A stretch of 64,000 nucleotides of DNA. Source: Myxococcota bacterium. Its GTDB lineage: Bacteria; Myxococcota_A; SURF-8. The stretch is from the NCBI GenBank assembly GCA_963674735.2, contig CAXXQS010000002.1, positions 1,504,001-1,568,000 of the forward strand, in the 5' to 3' direction. Of the stretch, positions 58,973-64,000 are shown one piece after another. The position numbers were made by a program, and so were the translations under genes. The notes under the pieces were generated by a model. The model did not search any database and was not told the origin of the DNA. It saw only the letters and a list, made by a program, of their open reading frames with translations. Position 1 is the first letter of the stretch, and each line of letters opens with the position of its first letter.

Positions 58973-59959
58973 ATGCGGCGTTCGACTCAGCTGGCCTCCG
59001 GGCTTCGGATTCTCACTGCCAGACTGGCTGGCAAGCGCGTCCCCGTGGCCGTCCGCTGGAATCTGCTTCACCGTTGCGCCTTCCGCTGCGAATACTGCAA
59101 TCTCTGGAAAACGCCGATCGAAGAATTGGCGACCGACACGATCATCTCCGGGCTCGAACAGCTGGCGCGACTCGGTGCGACCCGGATCTCGTTTTCCGGC
59201 GGCGAGCCCCTGCTACGCGACGACATCGGAACGCTCGTATCCGCCGCTGCGCGACTCGGCATCTCGCCCAGCCTCAACAGCAGCGGTTTCATGCTGGATA
59301 AGCGCATCGACGAATTGGGCGATCTCGATTTGCTGAAAATCAGCCTCGATGGTCCGCGTGACATCCACAATGCCTCTCGCGGGCAGCCCTTTGCCTTCGA
59401 TACGGCCATCGCGGCTGCGGATCTGGCCCACCGCCGTCTGCGTAAGTTCACCTTCGCCGCCACCATCACCCGCCGGAACGTGCAGCACATCGAGGACTTG
59501 ATGGACATCGCCCGTTCGTATGGCACCGTGATTGCGTTTCAGCCGGTTAAAGCGCTCTATCACGGCGTCGAGACCGTCGATCGGATCGCGCCCGATCCGG
59601 CCGCTATGCGCCGGGTCATTGCGAAGCTGATCGACGAAAAACGACGCGGAAATCCGCACATTCGCAACTCCATGGCCGAGCTGAATCATATTCGCAACTG
59701 GCCGAACTATCCCGCGTTGACCTGCGGCGCGGGACGGATTTTCGTCATGCTCAATCCGGATGGAACCGTGATGCCCTGCGACCGGGTTTCCTATACCGGA
59801 GAACTGCCGACCTTTCCCGAAGTCGGGCTGGCGGAGGCCATCTCCAAGCTTCCCGAGGTACACTGTAGCGGCTGCGGTTTTTGCGGGTCTCTAAGCTTGA
59901 ATTTATTATATTCACTTAACCCCCGCCCGATTCTGGACATCCTGCGACTGGTCAACTGA
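58973..59959 (+). CDS. Radical SAM protein with Twitch/SPASM-like C-terminus
   Basis: CAFRCEYC, SGGEPLL, SLDG, C..G....PDG.V.PC, CSGC. Confidence 0.9.
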   Translation: MRRSTQLASGLRILTARLAGKRVPVAVRWNLLHRCAFRCEYCNLWKTPIEELATDTIISGLEQLARLGATRISFSGGEPLLRDDIGTLVSAAARLGISPSLNSSGFMLDKRIDELGDLDLLKISLDGPRDIHNASRGQPFAFDTAIAAADLAHRRLRKFTFAATITRRNVQHIEDLMDIARSYGTVIAFQPVKALYHGVETVDRIAPDPAAMRRVIAKLIDEKRRGNPHIRNSMAELNHIRNWPNYPALTCGAGRIFVMLNPDGTVMPCDRVSYTGELPTFPEVGLAEAISKLPEVHCSGCGFCGSLSLNLLYSLNPRPILDILRLVN

Positions 59960-59964
59960 TAATC

Positions 59965-61383
59965 ATGGCTCGTATTGCTTTCATATTCGCTCCATACCGG
60001 CACAAGCGCTTTGCCGAAAACCTCGAAGTGGTCGATGAAGATTTCGGTGTTTTCCCTCCGATCAACCTCGCCTATGCCGCCGCCGTGGCGGAAGAAGCGG
60101 GCCATGCGGTCACGATCATCGATGCGAATGCGCTCAAAATCGGCATCGACGAAACGATTCGGCGTGTACGCGCGTTCGCCCCGGATTATGCCGGATTCTA
60201 TTTTTCCACTTATATGTTTCACGACACGCTGGCCTGGGCGAAAGCCGTCAAAGAGGCGCTTGGTATTCCGATTCTGGCCGGCGGCATCAACCTGGGGCTT
60301 TACCCGCGCGAAACGATGAGTCATCGGACGATCGATTTCGGTATCCAAGGCGATGCGCTTCATGCCTTGCCCGCCTTGCTCGATGCGTTGGAGGCGGATG
60401 CGGAGCCGAGTGGCATCGACGGTGTCTGCTACCGCCGGGGTGACGAGATCATCCTGCGGCCGCCGTCCGACTCGCTGCCGGATTTCGACGATTATCCGTT
60501 TCCCGCCCGGCATCTGCTGCCCAACGACCGCTATTACTCGATCACCTCGCAGAAGCGCAACTTCACGATCATGATGACCAGCATGGGCTGTCCGTTCAAT
60601 TGCAGCTATTGCGCCATCGCGCATATTCCGCATCGCAAACGTTCGGCGGAGAATGTGCTTCTGGAACTGGAAACCTGTATCCGGCGTTACGGCGTGCGCG
60701 AGGTCGATTTTTTCGATGCCGATTTCCCCGTCGATAATTCGCGTCTGACCGCCATTTGCGAAGGCATTCTGGAACGCAACCTCTCCTTCGAGTGGTCCTG
60801 CCGGTCACGCGTTACGTCGGTTAACGAACCGCTGCTGGCGCTCATGGCCAAGGCCGGTTGCCAGAAGATCTATTACGGCATCGAAACCCCGAACACCTCT
60901 TCGCTGTCCATCATGAGAAAAAACATCACGCCGGACGACGTGCGGGCCTGCCTCGACGCCACCAGCCGCTGCGGGATCCGCTCGCTGGGGTTCTTCATGA
61001 CCGGTGTGCCGGGCGAGACCCGTTCGAGCCTGCTTCAAACGATTCAGTACGCGACGCAATTGAATGTCGATTACGCCCAGTTCTCCCGCACCATCGCCAA
61101 ACCCTGCACGGACCTGGATTCGGAATTGATCCGCCGGACCGGCAAGGATTTCTGGCGTGATTACGTCCTGGGCAAGCAGCCGGAAACCCGCATGCCCAAT
61201 CCCTGGACCGGCTTGGGTGAAATGGAGATCGAGGCCTGGACGAAACTGGCCTACTACCTTTACTACTATCGGCCGTCCTACATCGTCAAAGCGCTCAAGC
61301 GCATCCGCAGCGGCGACGAACTGCGTCGCAGCGTCCGCACGGCGGCACGCATGTTGTTCAAAGGGCTGTTTTTCGATAAGTAG
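59965..61383 (+). CDS. Cobalamin-binding radical SAM protein
   Basis: PPINLAY..A, N-terminal B12 domain, GCPFNCSYC, YGIE, GVPGET. Confidence 0.9.
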   Translation: MARIAFIFAPYRHKRFAENLEVVDEDFGVFPPINLAYAAAVAEEAGHAVTIIDANALKIGIDETIRRVRAFAPDYAGFYFSTYMFHDTLAWAKAVKEALGIPILAGGINLGLYPRETMSHRTIDFGIQGDALHALPALLDALEADAEPSGIDGVCYRRGDEIILRPPSDSLPDFDDYPFPARHLLPNDRYYSITSQKRNFTIMMTSMGCPFNCSYCAIAHIPHRKRSAENVLLELETCIRRYGVREVDFFDADFPVDNSRLTAICEGILERNLSFEWSCRSRVTSVNEPLLALMAKAGCQKIYYGIETPNTSSLSIMRKNITPDDVRACLDATSRCGIRSLGFFMTGVPGETRSSLLQTIQYATQLNVDYAQFSRTIAKPCTDLDSELIRRTGKDFWRDYVLGKQPETRMPNPWTGLGEMEIEAWTKLAYYLYYYRPSYIVKALKRIRSGDELRRSVRTAARMLFKGLFFDK

Positions 61384-61396
61384 CGCGGGTTCGCTT

Positions 61397-62626
61397 TCAG
61401 GGTAGCGCGGCAACCGCTCGCGCGATCCGCAGAACCTCGTCCTCGCCGAGATCGTCATACCAGGGCAGCATGATGAGGGTTTCGTCCAGCTTGCGGCCGA
61501 TGCGGACTTCTTCCTCGCGGGCATCCGGGAAATCCCAATACATACTGGACGGCCGCACCGCCCCGATCCCGGCGCGATTGAGCCGCGCGATGTCCCTGTC
61601 GCGGTCGTTTGATTTGATGTAGAGATATTGGCAGGCCGACTCGCCGCCCGGGTCCGAAATGAACAGGCGTCGGGCGGCCTGGTTGCGGGGAAAAGCCAAC
61701 TGGAACTGGGCCATCTGCTGCCGTCGGCGCTTCAGCGCTGCCGGGAAGCGGTCGAGCGCACGCAGGGCGGATTCGACCGCCGCAGGATGCGGCATACGCG
61801 GTGTTTCGCTATCCGCGCCTTTTTTCAGAAACGGTCGGATGTACGTTTTATAGGCGGCCAGGCCGTTCGAAGATTCGAACAGCCGTTGCCACAAAAACGC
61901 GCCCACCCAGTCGTAAACGGGTGCCGATGTCCCCAGCCGCAGGACGGCTTGCGAACCCGTCTTGAGAAGGTGACGGGGAAAGGGCTCCGGTTCAAACCGC
62001 TGCTGGCGCTCGCGGGCGGCGTCTGCCAGATCCGGGTCGTCGGTGATCAACGCACCGCCGCCGTTCATGCTGATCGGCTTGAACGAGGCGAAGCTGACGA
62101 TTCCCGCCCGACCGAACGTTCCGATTTTCCGGCCTTTGAATTGCGTTCCGATGGCGTGGGCGCAGTCCTCGATGAGGCAAACGTCGTGTGCATCGGCCCA
62201 TGGCCCGATAGCCTCCAGCGGAGCCGGATTTCCCAGAATATGCGTGGCCAGAATGGCGGAGGGCCGATGGCGGTCGAGCAGGTGGAGCTTGTGCGGGTCG
62301 ATCGTGCCGTCGCTTTCGCGCACGTCGATGGGAACCGGTCGGTATCCGGCGCGTTGCAGTTGCAGCGGAACGCTCGTGCAGGTCAGCGTCGGTACGGCAA
62401 TCGTCGCACCCGGACGAATCCCCAGGCCGGAAAGGGCGGCATGCAGAGCGGCATTCGCTCTGGGAAACAGAATACAGTCGCCAACGCCCGCGAGTTCGGC
62501 AAAGCGGGCTTCAAACTCCCGGTAGCCGGTCAAAGGGTCGGAGCGGTGGCGGTCGAGCGACTTTCTCAGGCCGACGAGCGTTTGTCCGGCGCTGTCGGGG
62601 CGAATGATCGGGAGTTTACGTCTCAT
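61397..62626 (-). CDS. DegT/DnrJ/EryC1/StrS PLP aminotransferase
   Basis: IEDCAHAIG, SFASFK (PLP Lys), GGGAL. Confidence 0.85.
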   Translation of the reverse strand: MRRKLPIIRPDSAGQTLVGLRKSLDRHRSDPLTGYREFEARFAELAGVGDCILFPRANAALHAALSGLGIRPGATIAVPTLTCTSVPLQLQRAGYRPVPIDVRESDGTIDPHKLHLLDRHRPSAILATHILGNPAPLEAIGPWADAHDVCLIEDCAHAIGTQFKGRKIGTFGRAGIVSFASFKPISMNGGGALITDDPDLADAARERQQRFEPEPFPRHLLKTGSQAVLRLGTSAPVYDWVGAFLWQRLFESSNGLAAYKTYIRPFLKKGADSETPRMPHPAAVESALRALDRFPAALKRRRQQMAQFQLAFPRNQAARRLFISDPGGESACQYLYIKSNDRDRDIARLNRAGIGAVRPSSMYWDFPDAREEEVRIGRKLDETLIMLPWYDDLGEDEVLRIARAVAALP

Positions 62627-63647
62627 GGGATGTCTCTGGTTGCCGGTCCGCCAGAGCGGAACGAACGAAGAGGATGCCGGGCAACGCCGGGGCGAAACGG
62701 ATCATGACGGTGGTAAGGAAAGCCGCTATGCAAATGGCGCGGGGATCGCCTGTATGGCTGAACAGCACGACGGCCCCGGCTTCTCGGCTTCCGAAACCGC
62801 CGAACGATAGCGGCAGCGAGGCGAAGGCATTGAGCAGCACGAGGTCCAAAGGGGACAGGGCGCTCATGGAGCAGCCGGTCGCCAGGGACAACGTGATGCC
62901 GAAACACGCAATCTCGGCCGCTTCATGGCCGATCGTGGCCAAAGCGAGATGAACGCGGCGGCTGTAGGAATAGGCCTTCAACCCGCCGACTCCGCGAAAT
63001 CCGGCAAATAGATTTCGGCCGATGCGTGCAAGCAAGCCCTTCCGGTTAGGCGGCGAATCGGTGGGGGTGTCGTTGCTCGGCCGACCGATGAGCAGCAGCA
63101 AAACCCCGGCTGCGAGGAGGGTCACCCCCCCCGCGCTCCACCCGGGCATCCACATCATGAGCAGTGCCCCGAAAAGCAGAACGGCTTCGGCCAACACACC
63201 CAGGCTCTTGTCGGTGATCCAGAGGGCCGACACCTGCGAGAATGACATCCGCCATTTGCGTGTGACCAACGACATCGCCAGCGGCTCGGCCCAGAAAAAC
63301 GGCAGCATCCATTTGGAGGCCAGCAGAATCGAGCGATCCTTCAGGGACTGGATATAGGTGGGAACGAGGCCGAAGCGGCCGAGTAGAGAGTGATATTTCC
63401 AGGGTCGCAGCAGCATGTTGATCAGAACGGATGCGATCACCGGAACCAGCAAGGCGGCCGTAGGAAAGCGAAACGCTTCGCTTAACGTCTCCGAACTGTT
63501 CACCATCCACGCGATGCAGAATGCATAAAAAGCAAGGCTCAGCAAAATGGAGAAAGCCGACAGAAGGCGCGCTCGACGCTGATTATCCATAGAAGCTGAT
63601 GGGGCCATCATTTGCATCCATTGCCGATTGAAACGCGGGACACGCAA
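62616..63647 (-). CDS. Lysylphosphatidylglycerol synthase TM / flippase-like membrane protein (start probably ~63590)
   Basis: LR.WKY, DK, LPLSFGGFGSREAG motifs. Confidence 0.7.
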   Translation of the reverse strand: MRVPRFNRQWMQMMAPSASMDNQRRARLLSAFSILLSLAFYAFCIAWMVNSSETLSEAFRFPTAALLVPVIASVLINMLLRPWKYHSLLGRFGLVPTYIQSLKDRSILLASKWMLPFFWAEPLAMSLVTRKWRMSFSQVSALWITDKSLGVLAEAVLLFGALLMMWMPGWSAGGVTLLAAGVLLLLIGRPSNDTPTDSPPNRKGLLARIGRNLFAGFRGVGGLKAYSYSRRVHLALATIGHEAAEIACFGITLSLATGCSMSALSPLDLVLLNAFASLPLSFGGFGSREAGAVVLFSHTGDPRAICIAAFLTTVMIRFAPALPGILFVRSALADRQPETSHET

Positions 63648-63678
63648 TCATCATACCGGATTTTGCGAGAAATTCAAT

Positions 63679-64000
63679 TCAGGTCGACCGGGCATTCCAG
63701 GCCGCCACGGGCGACGGCGCGAGAATCATATTCAACTCCAGTCGCGCCGATACCCAGCAGCCGGGACAGCTTTCGCGGCGTTCAAGCCGTTTGAAGGCCT
63801 CGCTAAAGGGCATCTGCGTGCAGTCGGGGCCGTCGGCCTGATCGGGCATGCGCGGGCAGCCCTTCATGATGCCATCGGGGGTCAAGCGGCAGGCGATTCG
63901 CGACGCATAGCAGCGCATCGGCGCCAGCTCGGGAAAGCGGCGCAAATAGCGCAGACCGGCGAGCGAATTTCCGATATGCGGATTTCCGCGCCGCTTCTCG
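63679..64000 (-). CDS. Radical SAM protein, C-terminal part (5' end outside window)
   Basis: EKRRGNPHIGNS...CYASR...PDG.MKGC...CPGC, paralogous to 58973-59959. Confidence 0.8.
   Translation of the reverse strand, partial: EKRRGNPHIGNSLAGLRYLRRFPELAPMRCYASRIACRLTPDGIMKGCPRMPDQADGPDCTQMPFSEAFKRLERRESCPGCWVSARLELNMILAPSPVAAWNARST

Overview
A GC-rich bacterial chromosome segment, probably from a Myxococcota/Deltaproteobacteria-like organism (inferred from a MYXO-CTERM-type sorting tail, DGD-repeat lipoproteins and NtrC/DASS modules). Left arm (1-18.5 kb): lipoproteins, an IS3 remnant, a GNAT-macrodomain pair, a nine-gene arsenic operon (arsR-acr3-arsM-arsC-arsP-trmO-like-thioredoxin-arsF-arsG) and an arylsulfotransferase. 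Centre: a ~13.5 kb element integrated in tRNA-Thr(CGT), bounded by an exact 45-bp direct repeat (18855-18899 / 32391-32435). It encodes a tyrosine integrase, an AlpA/Xis HTH protein and a rolling-circle HUH Rep, with no recognisable capsid or conjugation genes. Its cargo is a Dcm + GHKL-ATPase/PD-(D/E)XK nuclease + Vsr module, a HEPN/TPR-propeller/Zn-ribbon trio, and a Cys-rich tandem-DUF1566 lipoprotein behind a ~220-nt leader with mutually exclusive terminator/antiterminator pairings. A second lower-GC accessory tract follows (~32.4-52.8 kb): acr3 remnant-yeeE, IS remnant, HD hydrolase, atypical PurF, a sigma54/two-component/DASS/porin cassette and mtfA. Right arm: an EEP-family lipoprotein and a radical-SAM/B12-radical-SAM/DegT/flippase/GT-C surface-modification cluster. 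All family calls come from motif recognition by eye; no searches were run.
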